A model generated the notes under the pieces. That model was not told where the DNA came from, ran no database searches, and saw only the letters and a list, made by a program, of their open reading frames with translations. Position numbers and translations under genes: made by a program. Positions 17,829-27,754 of a stretch of DNA of 64,000 nucleotides are shown piece by piece (the first letter of the stretch is position 1; every line of letters begins with the position of its first letter). This DNA is from a virus. Taxonomy: Duplodnaviria; Caudoviricetes. Location: the IMG/VR virus record IMGVR_UViG_3300028591_000007, positions 71,706 to 135,705 of that record. One strand, 5' to 3'.

Positions 17829-18065
17829 TCATTTATTCATTTCTTCTAATAATTCAGTAACCTGAGGAAAATGTCTTCCGGTCTTTCTAATATTATCATT
17901 ACTTGTACAAGTATGATGATGTCCACCAGCACTTATACATTGATAAACCATACAATCTCCTCTATTACCAACCAAATGAACTACTACATTGTAAGCATTT
18001 CTGCCTTCTGTTCCAACTCTAAGTTCATCACCAACTACAATATCATTTGTAATTTGTTCTGACAT
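17829..18065 (-). CDS. small KOW/SH3-like protein
   Basis: IVVGDEL ... KTGRHF; family with several paralogs in the window. Confidence 0.6.
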   Translation of the reverse strand: MSEQITNDIVVGDELRVGTEGRNAYNVVVHLVGNRGDCMVYQCISAGGHHHTCTSNDNIRKTGRHFPQVTELLEEMNK

Positions 18066-18097
18066 TTTATATACCTCACAAATATCATTTTTCTAAA

Positions 18098-18213
18098 TAC
18101 CCTCTGTAACGCACTACAAGCCTCATTTAGGCCCATTTCGTATTTTACCATACAATTATACCATAAATATACCAAACAGGCCTTTACGGGCATTCTGATG
18201 CGTTACAGGGGCA
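18098..18213. repeat. ~115-bp imperfect palindromic element, copy B
   Basis: CCTCTGTAACGCA...TGCGTTACAGGGG arms. Confidence 0.8.
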
Positions 18214-18238
18214 TATCTTGATTACTAAATATCTTTAA

Positions 18239-18751
18239 TCATTCAAACGGTATCACTTCAGCTTCTTCCTCTTCAGGGTCAGTATACATCTCATACTTCT
18301 TCTCAAACTCATCCTGTTCAATGTTTACATACATCTTGTCAAGATAAGCTGCAACTCCTGCCTTACCCTGTACCTCATAATAATAAGGTCTGATAACAAT
18401 ATCACAATAAGCAATATCTGCCTGGTCAAGAATCTGTGCTGTCTGAGGTGTGATAAGAACTTTCTTATTATTATTAATCATATAGATATGAGGACTAAGT
18501 AACTCACTACCATCATCATTATATCTAAAGTTAACTTTAACCTTTAAGAACGGAACATCAGGATCTGTCTCTTCTTTCTTTTTAAAATACTTTACTGCAA
18601 ATCCCATATCAACTAATGCCTGTACATCTTCATAAGTATCAAGTACAACTGCAAAGTCTCTTGCTCCACCTTTCTTGTTCCAATCAGTAGGACGTCCTGA
18701 AAAATTCTTAAATGTAATTCTTGCTCCTGCGATGTTAATCTTTTGTGCCAT
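18239..18751 (-). CDS. ssb: single-stranded DNA-binding protein
   Basis: FKNFSG and OB-fold-like pattern; acidic tail ending EEEEAEVIPFE; next to the polymerase. Confidence 0.8.
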   Translation of the reverse strand: MAQKINIAGARITFKNFSGRPTDWNKKGGARDFAVVLDTYEDVQALVDMGFAVKYFKKKEETDPDVPFLKVKVNFRYNDDGSELLSPHIYMINNNKKVLITPQTAQILDQADIAYCDIVIRPYYYEVQGKAGVAAYLDKMYVNIEQDEFEKKYEMYTDPEEEEAEVIPFE

Positions 18752-18919
18752 AATTCTTTTCTCCTTTTCTTCTTTTAAAGGGAATACAGTTTACTTTGTA
18801 AAGTGCTAACCCCTTTTCTTGTTCGAGTATTCTAAAATATCTTTAATACATAAACCCAATCAAACTGTATTAAATAACCAACCCCTAATCACATTATGGT
18901 CTTTCCCGATAAATATCAT

Positions 18920-21900
18920 TTATTCAAAGAACCCATCAGTTCCGCCATAACTTGAAATATCATTTATAGCATCCTGACACATCTTGTCGAAGTAACCATA
19001 ATCAATCTTATCTTCAAGATGATGTTCTTTAACATAACTTGCTTCCATCCAACGAACATCTTTACAGCCACTTGGTGATACATATTTACCATCGTCATTC
19101 AAACAAACTAATTCTGCACCACCATAACCTTCTCGTATAGGACAGAAGTTACCAACTTTACCAATAAACTGTCTACTATGTCCAGCAGCTATCATTTTAT
19201 CAAGATCTTCTTCACTATATGTCTTTAAGAATTCATTCATTTCAGCAATTGCTTTCTTTGTATACTTCTTATCAATATCAGTACCATTATTTATATCTGT
19301 AAGAATATCTTTAAATAATTCATACTTAGTTACATCATTTAAGTTCTCATTAAAATCAAGATACAATGAACCTTTACTTACATTCTTAATCATACATACA
19401 TCTTCAAATGTAATAGGTTCTTTACTAAATAATGTCTTAAATACATAAGGAATCTGGAACTGTGCTCCAGTTGCTGTCCATCTTGTAGGTTCAGGTAAAC
19501 CTTTCTCAATAGCTTTCTTACATTCTTTCTTCCAGTCACTATCATTCTCAGTTACTTTAGCTATATAAACTGCATCATTTACCAAGCAGATCTTTTCAAA
19601 TTCATGTTCAACTTCAAATGAATAACCATATCTCTTTCCAAAGTCCAATATAAATTTCTCAATATATTCATCAGGATTAATTACTTTCAATGAATCAGTC
19701 TTAATATGGAATATCTGATAACCCTGTGCTAATACTGCATCTCTTAGATCCATCATAAAGAGTGCACCACGTTTTGCAACAATATTATCATAATTATCAG
19801 GATGTCTTAAATTATTCTCAAATTTAGCTGCTGTTAAACCATAAACAGCATTAATAGGTGTCTTAAGTGCTGTACTCAATTTCTTTTTCTGGTCATCATC
19901 TGTACAATACTTTAACAACTTACCATCAAATAACTTACCTAAGAATTCCATATCATCATGTTTAATCGCAATTCTTGCTCTAACCAAGTTATAATATCCT
20001 TCAGTATACTTACCAAAATAATATTCTGCCGCCAAGCTGTGAGGATGCATTGACGTAACATCGAATGTTTTGGCATAACCATATACTCCAGGAACTGCTC
20101 TAACTAATCCACCTTCTCCAATCTCTTCACCTTTATAAATACTTGTCTTGGTGAACTTATCAAATGTATAACCAGGGAAGTAAGGCAATAATGACTTCTC
20201 TTCACCATGTGTTGTGCTCATCATCTCAGGGAAGACTTCCTCTAAGAATTCTTTCTGGTCTGGATCAAGATGATAAACAGGTTTAGCTAAATCTCTATAA
20301 TAGAATGAAGCTTTAGCTGCTTTTCTCTCCTGATAGTTAGTTCCAAGAATCAATCTCTCAGTTAATGTATTATCTGTATCATTTACACAACCACCTGCAA
20401 TATCTGCTAATATCTGTCTTGATGTGAAGTCAACTTGAGTAGCTAACCAAACTGCCTCAGTCGCGTCTAAGTCATATCCGTTATACTCTTTTGCTGCCAT
20501 CCACAATTCTTCAGGAAGAGGTTTATTCCAATCAGCATCCATTTCTTTGTGATAGATACCTAACTCAATCTCCCATTTCTTAAGTGATTGCTTCTTCTTA
20601 CTATAATCATAAATATCTGTGTAAGATAAATTATATGCTTCACCGAACAATCCATTATCTTTATCACCTTTCTTAGTACTAACTATCTTTTGTGATAACT
20701 TATACAATTGTTCATTAGTGTAACCATTCAAGAAAGCATATGTAATATGATTATCATACTTTCTACAGTTAAATCCAACTAACTTACATTTTAACAACCA
20801 TTCAATATCTGCAGGTTTAGGATTTAATAATACATGTTTCTCTTTACCTAAGAACTTATAACCAAATATAAATAAATTCGGCCAAACTTCTACATCATAA
20901 AATACAGGTAAATCAATATCATAGTCTTTTTCTACTGCCTCGCTAGGTTCGTCGCTCTTTAAAGGCATCTTACTTAATAACTCCAAACAATACTCAGAAC
21001 TATTTGATGAAGCCATAGCATAATTTAAAATATCATTATACATATCGGTGAGGTCGAAATGTACATTATTATTATATGCATCTGTTAATATCTTGTAGAT
21101 GAAGTCCATATTAGGTTTATGATGGCCATGAATTTCATTACGTAGACATTTAATAATAGTTCTTCGCATCATGTTTTCAGTTTGCAAAGCTTCTTGATCT
21201 AACATCTTACCTCCTTTCTTTTCTTTCAGAGGCAATCCTTCAGATATCTTTGCAATGTCTTCATTATTAAATTTTGTTAATTGCCTCCTCAATGATGCAT
21301 TACCAGTAAATATCTTTATTTCAATATCATCTCCAAATATTCTACTAAGTTCACTTATGTCACCAGAGTATAAATAATGAAGATGTATACCAGCACCAGA
21401 CTTACTTAATTCTGCATATGTTCTCGGAAACTTATTAGCTTCTTTAAGATTCAATTCATAATCTTTTTCACCATTTTCATTTTTCTTATCAAAATCTATA
21501 ACTATCAATTGTTCTGGAGCTTGGACATAATGTAACTTATCTGTAGAAATATCTTTAAGTGTTGTTGTTACATTCTCCCAACGTTTCCCAGGAATACCAT
21601 CTTTAGTTGCATACTGTGCTTTATAATCTTTTAAGTATTCATCAAGTTTAGATTCACATTCACCATATGTCTTGTCAAATGTTAACCAATTAACAGAATC
21701 TTTGTCAACTGTTTCTATATCAATATTATTTTCTTCAGCATAGTCTTTATTAATAATTACATTCTTACGAGGTTTCTTTACTTTAGTTGCTTTTTTAATT
21801 AAGTCATCAAATTTCTTTTTTATAAAACCTTTATACACATGATAATGATTATGGTTATCATCACCTATTTTAGTTTCATAATAATATTCTTCAAAATATT

Positions 21901-23161
21901 TTTTAAGTTGTTCTCGTACTTCAACCTTTCTATGAAAATGTTTAATACCATTATCTTCTACAAATATCTTGTACATTCTCCAGACTTGTTCAAGATATGT
22001 ATAATCCTGTTTCCTAAAAATATCATAGTTCTCCTCCATAAACTGAAAAAACTGATTTGTTTTAGAAAACATATCTTCAGCAACATATCCATTAAAATAA
22101 GTTTTACCCAATCTATTAAATACTTGAAGACATTTATATGCTATTGCACCTCTTTCATATTTTGTGATACGATTCAACAAAATATCATATTCATCAGTTG
22201 GAATGGGTTCACCACCAGTTGGATTAATATCTATAAGTCTTCTTGTAAAACCTGATTGAGGACCTGTCATTTGTACCGGTTCATTACTTGACATGATTAA
22301 CAAAGTTTTAAATTTTACTGGATAAGGACTTTTAAACTTTGTCTCAACTGGAATGGTCTCATGAGATACAATACTATTCAATCTTGTGTTATCTTGAACT
22401 TGTGATAAGTCGCCATCTTCATCAATTGCAACAAGAGGATTCATTGCTAAACATTCCAATGGAAAATTACTATTACTTACAATTCTTTTTGAGATAAATG
22501 GAGCATAATATGGTTTAAACATTGACTCAATTATCTTCATTATTGTACCTTTTCCAGACCCAGGATCCCCATAAAAAACAAAGAACTTTTGTATTTTTGT
22601 ACTATATCCAGAAACGATACTTCCAATCATCCATTCTATCTTTTCTTTCTCTTCTGGTTCGTACAAATAACCGACCATTTGGTCCCAACTTTCAGTGCTT
22701 CCTTCTTCCAAATTATAAGGCAATTTTCCAGTGCTATAATCTTCTCTTTTTAGGTCCATATTTTTGAAGATAATATGAGGGTTTAAATCTATATCTTCAT
22801 GGTACTTTTCAACCCTTTTTGTGAACTGTAAAAACTTCTCTAAATAACCAGAATCACTTGTGTAATTATCAAATTCAATATCATTAGTTATAAACTTACG
22901 ATCTGCAGCAGGAAGACGTTTATTTGCTTCATCAATTTCCTTTACTTTAGCATTATATTTTTTAATCCAGTCATTGTTTAGAACCTTCATCATTTTGTCC
23001 ATATCAGTGACCCAAATTTTCTTACTTTCATCATAAATTGCATATACTCCACCACCCTTAATTATGATGTCATTTGAGTCATCTAAATTGATATGAGGTT
23101 CAAGCGTAATTGTATGTCTATTTTTTGCATTACTTTTTGCTCTTACTGATAAAAAATCCAT
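18920..23161 (-). CDS. fused SF3 helicase - AEP primase - family B DNA polymerase
   Basis: GDPGSGKGT Walker A; VIDFD and SKSGAGIHLHY AEP motifs; Exo I FYDVE, Exo II GFNCRKYD, Exo III YNGYD; Pol motifs DVTSMHP, KTPINAVYG, HIKTDS. Confidence 0.9.
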   Translation of the reverse strand: MDFLSVRAKSNAKNRHTITLEPHINLDDSNDIIIKGGGVYAIYDESKKIWVTDMDKMMKVLNNDWIKKYNAKVKEIDEANKRLPAADRKFITNDIEFDNYTSDSGYLEKFLQFTKRVEKYHEDIDLNPHIIFKNMDLKREDYSTGKLPYNLEEGSTESWDQMVGYLYEPEEKEKIEWMIGSIVSGYSTKIQKFFVFYGDPGSGKGTIMKIIESMFKPYYAPFISKRIVSNSNFPLECLAMNPLVAIDEDGDLSQVQDNTRLNSIVSHETIPVETKFKSPYPVKFKTLLIMSSNEPVQMTGPQSGFTRRLIDINPTGGEPIPTDEYDILLNRITKYERGAIAYKCLQVFNRLGKTYFNGYVAEDMFSKTNQFFQFMEENYDIFRKQDYTYLEQVWRMYKIFVEDNGIKHFHRKVEVREQLKKYFEEYYYETKIGDDNHNHYHVYKGFIKKKFDDLIKKATKVKKPRKNVIINKDYAEENNIDIETVDKDSVNWLTFDKTYGECESKLDEYLKDYKAQYATKDGIPGKRWENVTTTLKDISTDKLHYVQAPEQLIVIDFDKKNENGEKDYELNLKEANKFPRTYAELSKSGAGIHLHYLYSGDISELSRIFGDDIEIKIFTGNASLRRQLTKFNNEDIAKISEGLPLKEKKGGKMLDQEALQTENMMRRTIIKCLRNEIHGHHKPNMDFIYKILTDAYNNNVHFDLTDMYNDILNYAMASSNSSEYCLELLSKMPLKSDEPSEAVEKDYDIDLPVFYDVEVWPNLFIFGYKFLGKEKHVLLNPKPADIEWLLKCKLVGFNCRKYDNHITYAFLNGYTNEQLYKLSQKIVSTKKGDKDNGLFGEAYNLSYTDIYDYSKKKQSLKKWEIELGIYHKEMDADWNKPLPEELWMAAKEYNGYDLDATEAVWLATQVDFTSRQILADIAGGCVNDTDNTLTERLILGTNYQERKAAKASFYYRDLAKPVYHLDPDQKEFLEEVFPEMMSTTHGEEKSLLPYFPGYTFDKFTKTSIYKGEEIGEGGLVRAVPGVYGYAKTFDVTSMHPHSLAAEYYFGKYTEGYYNLVRARIAIKHDDMEFLGKLFDGKLLKYCTDDDQKKKLSTALKTPINAVYGLTAAKFENNLRHPDNYDNIVAKRGALFMMDLRDAVLAQGYQIFHIKTDSLKVINPDEYIEKFILDFGKRYGYSFEVEHEFEKICLVNDAVYIAKVTENDSDWKKECKKAIEKGLPEPTRWTATGAQFQIPYVFKTLFSKEPITFEDVCMIKNVSKGSLYLDFNENLNDVTKYELFKDILTDINNGTDIDKKYTKKAIAEMNEFLKTYSEEDLDKMIAAGHSRQFIGKVGNFCPIREGYGGAELVCLNDDGKYVSPSGCKDVRWMEASYVKEHHLEDKIDYGYFDKMCQDAINDISSYGGTDGFFE

Positions 23162-23358
23162 ACAATTTTGTATTCCTCCTTTCGCGAAAAAGTATCATTT
23201 TTTGGCATTTTTTTCGCCGGACACGATGTCAGAGCATACTTTTAAAACTTTTTTAAAAAAAGTGTCTTTTTCATAAAGATTTTTGTAATGTTCTTTTTAC
23301 CTACAAAATAAGACAACTTTTTTACTCAAAAAATCATCAAAATCACACCAAAAAATGC

Positions 23359-23910
23359 CTAAATAAAGTATGATTTTAGATACAAATTAGCCTGCATATA
23401 TAGGTCATCATTCATATTTGAGTAAACTTCTCTACAAGGGAACAAAACAGGAGGATTTTCATTACCTTTTGGCTCTCTTCCATTAAAAGTTCCATGTATA
23501 AAATCATTCAAAATACCAGCCACAATATCCTGATCAAAATCATATTTTGTAGCCCATTTTAAACCCAAATTATCTATAAACATCCAGAAAAAATCACATC
23601 GTTTTAAACTAACAATATACGTCAATCTATCAGCAAAAGCAACCAACATTTCAAGCATCGAACAAGGTTTATTTTGTAATAGATTTAGCAATAAATTTCC
23701 ATCATTTTCACCCAATAATTTGGCATAAATTTTTCTCAATTTTAGACCATCTGCAGCCCTATTTTCGTCAAGAGGAACCGACTCTAACCAAACAAAATCC
23801 GTGTTAAATAAAAGCTCGATTAAATCCTCATATAAACCAGCTTTTTCTTTATCATCAATCTGTTCAACCAACCAATCAACATACAATTTAACCAAATATT
23901 CTTCATTCAT
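23359..23910 (-). CDS. hypothetical protein
   Basis: AGGAGG RBS; DENRAADG..LR and CSMLEML motifs. Confidence 0.75.
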   Translation of the reverse strand: MNEEYLVKLYVDWLVEQIDDKEKAGLYEDLIELLFNTDFVWLESVPLDENRAADGLKLRKIYAKLLGENDGNLLLNLLQNKPCSMLEMLVAFADRLTYIVSLKRCDFFWMFIDNLGLKWATKYDFDQDIVAGILNDFIHGTFNGREPKGNENPPVLFPCREVYSNMNDDLYMQANLYLKSYFI

Positions 23911-24007
23911 AACTTACCTCCTTGTCTAAAAAATTTACAAGGATAATATCTTTATTCATATTCTCTCCTTTCCGCCCAAATTTAAAAGGCCACCTAGGGC
24001 CTTCTCG

Positions 24008-24031
24008 TTTATATTATAAAACATTTTCGCG
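24008..24031 (-). promoter_or_regulatory. phage promoter CGCG-N14-TATAAA
   Basis: Motif family member, immediately after the upstream stop. Confidence 0.55.
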
Positions 24032-24460
24032 TCACATTTCTTCTTCTCTTGGTATACAAATTATTCTATAAAATGGAGCGATAATTGGATCTTCATCAAA
24101 ACTTGTACCGCCTTGACAAAAGAAAACAGGTAATACATTATCTTCATCTTTACCGCTTGAAGGAATCCATCTATTCATTAAACAATAATAAAATTGATCA
24201 CCAGGAAAACAAGAAAATAACTTACCTTTTCTATATCTGTCAATAATATCTTTACAGAAATCTTCTAACGAAATTTCTTGATCATCTTTGGTATAAATTA
24301 TGGAATTTTTAAAACCAACATATTCAAAATTTCCATTAATTTCGTTATATTTTACATCGTAACATAGGTCTTCATCTTCGCTATATGCTCTTATATCATC
24401 ATAATCTCCAATGCTTAATTGTCTATAAGAACAAGGTCTATCTTCTAATATTTCATACAT
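24032..24460 (-). CDS. hypothetical protein
   Basis: AAGGAG RBS. Confidence 0.7.
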   Translation of the reverse strand: MYEILEDRPCSYRQLSIGDYDDIRAYSEDEDLCYDVKYNEINGNFEYVGFKNSIIYTKDDQEISLEDFCKDIIDRYRKGKLFSCFPGDQFYYCLMNRWIPSSGKDEDNVLPVFFCQGGTSFDEDPIIAPFYRIICIPREEEM

Positions 24461-24536
24461 ATTTTTGTCTCCTTTTTCTTTATTTTTATTAATTATCTAC
24501 AATCCCCCAAATCGATACTTATTATCATAAGATCTA

Positions 24537-25385
24537 TTATCGGCAGTCACCTAAATGATCAAAGTCTTCAGTACCATTATAGATTATATGATAGTCTGTA
24601 TGTATCACTTCATCTCTCAAATATATCTCGTATAAATCACTCTTGCCATCTAAACTTGCCTGTTCAGTACCAAATAAATTCAAGTTATCAAGACCAAAAT
24701 ATTCTTCTGTTAGATGGTCAACAATAGTATCATCGAGAGTTGCAAATATACCATTTTGTTCATAATACATTACTTCTTCTTTAACATAACCACCGGCTCT
24801 TTCATAACTATCTTTGGTGATTTGATGAGGGTATTTCGGTTCTTCTATCTCTTCTCGTTCATATTCTTTTGACAAATTTTGAAACTTATTTTTACTAATT
24901 TTTGCATAATCAACCTTAGGTCTCCAGCCTCTATCTGTCTCCAAAATACCAGTTCCAATATTAAAATCTGAAGGGTCAGGAACATCAGAAACGTCTTCAG
25001 ATTGTGCATCTTGCATCGCTGTTTTAGGACTTTTATTTAATATAGTATCGTCAATTCTACCATCTTCAGTAACCTTAATTCTGGTTGTTAAAGTGGTCGT
25101 AGAAGGTGTCTTTTCAGGTACATTTTTCTGTTCAACAGCTGCATAATTTATCCCAGTTTTAAGCTTTTTTAGCTCTTCAATCTTGTTATTATAGAACTCA
25201 TAAACCTCGTTTAAATGCTTCTGTTGAGCCTCCAAATCCCTCTTATATTCGAGTTTTTTAAGCTTTTTTAACACAAAAATAGTACCTACAGAACCTACAA
25301 TTGTACCCAAAAAAGTACCACAAAGTAGCCCCAAATTATCATTTTTTAGTGTCATTTTTTCTCTCCTTTTCATAAAAAATCTCAT
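24537..25385 (-). CDS. N-terminally membrane-anchored protein
   Basis: Hydrophobic Gly-rich helix followed by a coiled coil and an acidic domain. Confidence 0.7.
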   Translation of the reverse strand: MRFFMKRREKMTLKNDNLGLLCGTFLGTIVGSVGTIFVLKKLKKLEYKRDLEAQQKHLNEVYEFYNNKIEELKKLKTGINYAAVEQKNVPEKTPSTTTLTTRIKVTEDGRIDDTILNKSPKTAMQDAQSEDVSDVPDPSDFNIGTGILETDRGWRPKVDYAKISKNKFQNLSKEYEREEIEEPKYPHQITKDSYERAGGYVKEEVMYYEQNGIFATLDDTIVDHLTEEYFGLDNLNLFGTEQASLDGKSDLYEIYLRDEVIHTDYHIIYNGTEDFDHLGDCR

Positions 25386-25392
25386 AAAAATC

Positions 25393-25980
25393 TCATTTTT
25401 TCTCTATAAATTCGCCCGGTTCAAGGGTAGTTTCAGACTCTTTTTTACCCATTTTTGCATCAAATTCTGACTTGGACATGACATTTACACGTTCTAATTT
25501 GTCCGCCAAATCTCCAATTTCTTCTTCTGAAATGGCTTTAAAAGCCTCATTTTTATCATTTCCAGAGCTATTTACATACCCTAAAAATCCATCATAAGTG
25601 TCATTTTTGTCCTTTTTTGCCGGTTTTTCATCAAAATAATAGGCATTTTCGGCCTCTTTTGACACTTTTCCAGCCAAATTTATCTCCAAACCGGTCTCTT
25701 TTTCATCATTTTTGGTAACTTCTTCACCATCAGCCCAAGCTTTTTCAGAAGTGTACTCATAAACACCATCAACACCAGTTTCTTTCTCCAAACGCTTCTG
25801 TTCTTCCCAAATTATCTCAAAATAAGACTTCATATCGTCTTTTATGAGTAATTTTAGCATAATTTTCTTCTCATCAAGGCTCATTTTTGAGAAAATATCA
25901 TTTATTACCCTATTTTTTTCTTCAAAAGTACTTGCTAAAGCCATTTTTATTCCTCCTTTTTTACTTATGGTCCCATCCAT
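25393..25980 (-). CDS. hypothetical protein
   Basis: Likely start MALAS after AAGGAGG. Confidence 0.65.
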   Translation of the reverse strand: MDGTISKKGGIKMALASTFEEKNRVINDIFSKMSLDEKKIMLKLLIKDDMKSYFEIIWEEQKRLEKETGVDGVYEYTSEKAWADGEEVTKNDEKETGLEINLAGKVSKEAENAYYFDEKPAKKDKNDTYDGFLGYVNSSGNDKNEAFKAISEEEIGDLADKLERVNVMSKSEFDAKMGKKESETTLEPGEFIEKK

Positions 25981-26179
25981 TTCCTGTAATATTTGCTATT
26001 CTAGACTCCAATAAAGCTATTTTTCGTTCAAGTGACCTTATAACTCTATTAAATTCTTCTTTTGTGACATAAGTATTATCACCAAAATCTTCTTCGACTA
26101 AGTCACTATCTCTATCTTCATTTGTACCACTTGCATACATTTCATTTCTTAAGTCTCTCATTGCAATATTCCTCCCCAT
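25961..26179 (-). CDS. hypothetical protein
   Basis: Tiles the array; short coiled coil. Confidence 0.55.
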   Translation of the reverse strand: MGRNIAMRDLRNEMYASGTNEDRDSDLVEEDFGDNTYVTKEEFNRVIRSLERKIALLESRIANITGNGWDHK

Positions 26180-27081
26180 TTTTCGTAAATTGTCTTCATA
26201 TCATCTTTGTATTCGAAGTCTTTAGGTATGTTTTTTATAATATTTTTCAAGACATCTGGTCCGTAATTCATCTTAAGTGGTAACTTATAACCATTTACAC
26301 CGTCTTGAACAATATCTTTAAACGCTTCAATATCTGTAACAACAACCGGTGTTTTTAACATTAAAGCTTCATGAACTGCATAACAATAACCTTCTTTATC
26401 ACTTAATTGAACCAAATAGTCAGCATCAGCTATCATATCAAGTAAATGATTGTGTTCAATATTTGGCAAAAATGTTATAAGACCATGTTTTTTACTTTGC
26501 AAATATGTAACACCATTCCTATCTATCTCACTGTAATTAATCCATTGAAACCTAACTCCAAATTCATCCAAGTCATCAGCTAAATGATACATCCTATCAA
26601 AACCTTTATTATTATAGATCCTTGAACAAGAAACAATTCTCAATACACGTCTTGGTTCATAAGGTATTACAAATGATGAAATATCTTTACAAGGTATACC
26701 AAATCTTTTTGTGAATCCATCAGCTGCTTGCTTTGATACTGCTATAAATTCACTACCATCATTAAGATCATGAAAGTCAGACTTAACATTTTCATAATTA
26801 CAATGAACTATCTTAAACTTCTTTTTACAAGTAAAGTTGGCAGGTAATGTAACAAAGTCTAACATATATATTAATATATCAGTATCATAAATAATATTAG
26901 AATCCCACTTAATTACATTAATACCTTCCTTATGCAAAATATCATATAACTCAGGTTTTATTACTTGAGTCATTATTTCAATATTATACTGTCTATGCAA
27001 TAACTTGTAGAAATTACACATCCAAGTAAAGATACCATCTGCATAAACTATATGATCAATGTATATTGTTATTCGTTTCAT
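26158..27081 (-). CDS. glycosyltransferase, GT-B fold (GT4-like)
   Basis: IAVS, SRI..NKG, EGYCYAVHEAL and TPVVVTD motifs. Confidence 0.85.
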   Translation of the reverse strand: MKRITIYIDHIVYADGIFTWMCNFYKLLHRQYNIEIMTQVIKPELYDILHKEGINVIKWDSNIIYDTDILIYMLDFVTLPANFTCKKKFKIVHCNYENVKSDFHDLNDGSEFIAVSKQAADGFTKRFGIPCKDISSFVIPYEPRRVLRIVSCSRIYNNKGFDRMYHLADDLDEFGVRFQWINYSEIDRNGVTYLQSKKHGLITFLPNIEHNHLLDMIADADYLVQLSDKEGYCYAVHEALMLKTPVVVTDIEAFKDIVQDGVNGYKLPLKMNYGPDVLKNIIKNIPKDFEYKDDMKTIYEKWGGILQ

Positions 27082-27389
27082 AATAACCTCTTTGTATGCT
27101 TGTTAATTATATCAAGTGCTTGTTGAGCTGTTTTAACTCTTTCTTGTGCTTCAATACTTCTTATAGTTTTATTCTTTGTTATTATCTGATTAATTTCACT
27201 TTTTATATCATTAATGATTTTACTAGATTCTTTATTTGAACAATCTTCTTCATTTAATGGTGTTATTGGTTTAGTAACATCTTTACCTTCTGCAATACAA
27301 GTTAATGCTGAAAGTATATCGTCGCCATGATAGTTACTATGTCCTGATATTAATCCATATATATTATCAATATGTATATATCTTTTCAT
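27078..27389 (-). CDS. hypothetical protein
   Basis: GGAGG RBS. Confidence 0.65.
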   Translation of the reverse strand: MKRYIHIDNIYGLISGHSNYHGDDILSALTCIAEGKDVTKPITPLNEEDCSNKESSKIINDIKSEINQIITKNKTIRSIEAQERVKTAQQALDIINKHTKRLL

Positions 27390-27406
27390 TTTAATTCCTC
27401 CATATG

Positions 27407-27604
27407 TTATTCATGATTTAAAACATCTATAGCATATTTTATACCTTTCCAATAATCACTATCTGTATGATAAGCATTATACTCACTTTCAAGAGAAGAT
27501 AATTGTTTTGTTATTTGAACTGCTTTATCATATGCCATACACCAATCCCTGCAATTAACATAGTCGTCTAGTGTTAATATTTTTATTATTTTATCTAAAG
27601 ACAT
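27407..27604 (-). CDS. hypothetical protein
   Basis: Start corrected to MSLDK (AAGGAG RBS); the ORF-track extension runs through repeat copy C. Confidence 0.55.
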   Translation of the reverse strand: MSLDKIIKILTLDDYVNCRDWCMAYDKAVQITKQLSSLESEYNAYHTDSDYWKGIKYAIDVLNHE

Positions 27605-27617
27605 ATTATCTCCTTTT

Positions 27618-27744
27618 CTAGAATGCCCTTCTAACGCACCAGAATCGATTTTAAGGCCTATTTCATATTTATTCATAGATTTATACCTTAAATACCCCAA
27701 ACAGGCCTTTATGGGCATTTTAGAGCGTTCTAGAGGCATTTCTA
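27618..27744. repeat. ~115-bp imperfect palindromic element, copy C
   Basis: TAGAATGCC...GGCATTTCTA arms; shares CAGGCCTTTA(C/T)GGGCA with other copies. Confidence 0.8.
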
Positions 27745-27754
27745 TGAATAAGTT

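Noticed and set aside
18920-23161. Intein or intron in the replicase, terminase or RNAP
   Set aside because: Lengths are explained by the recognised domains; no intein termini or LAGLIDADG motifs were seen.
23180-23189. TTTCGCGAAA as a promoter-family member
   Set aside because: No -10 hexamer at 14 nt on either strand. It overlaps the replicase RBS region and might be an operator, but this is unsupported.
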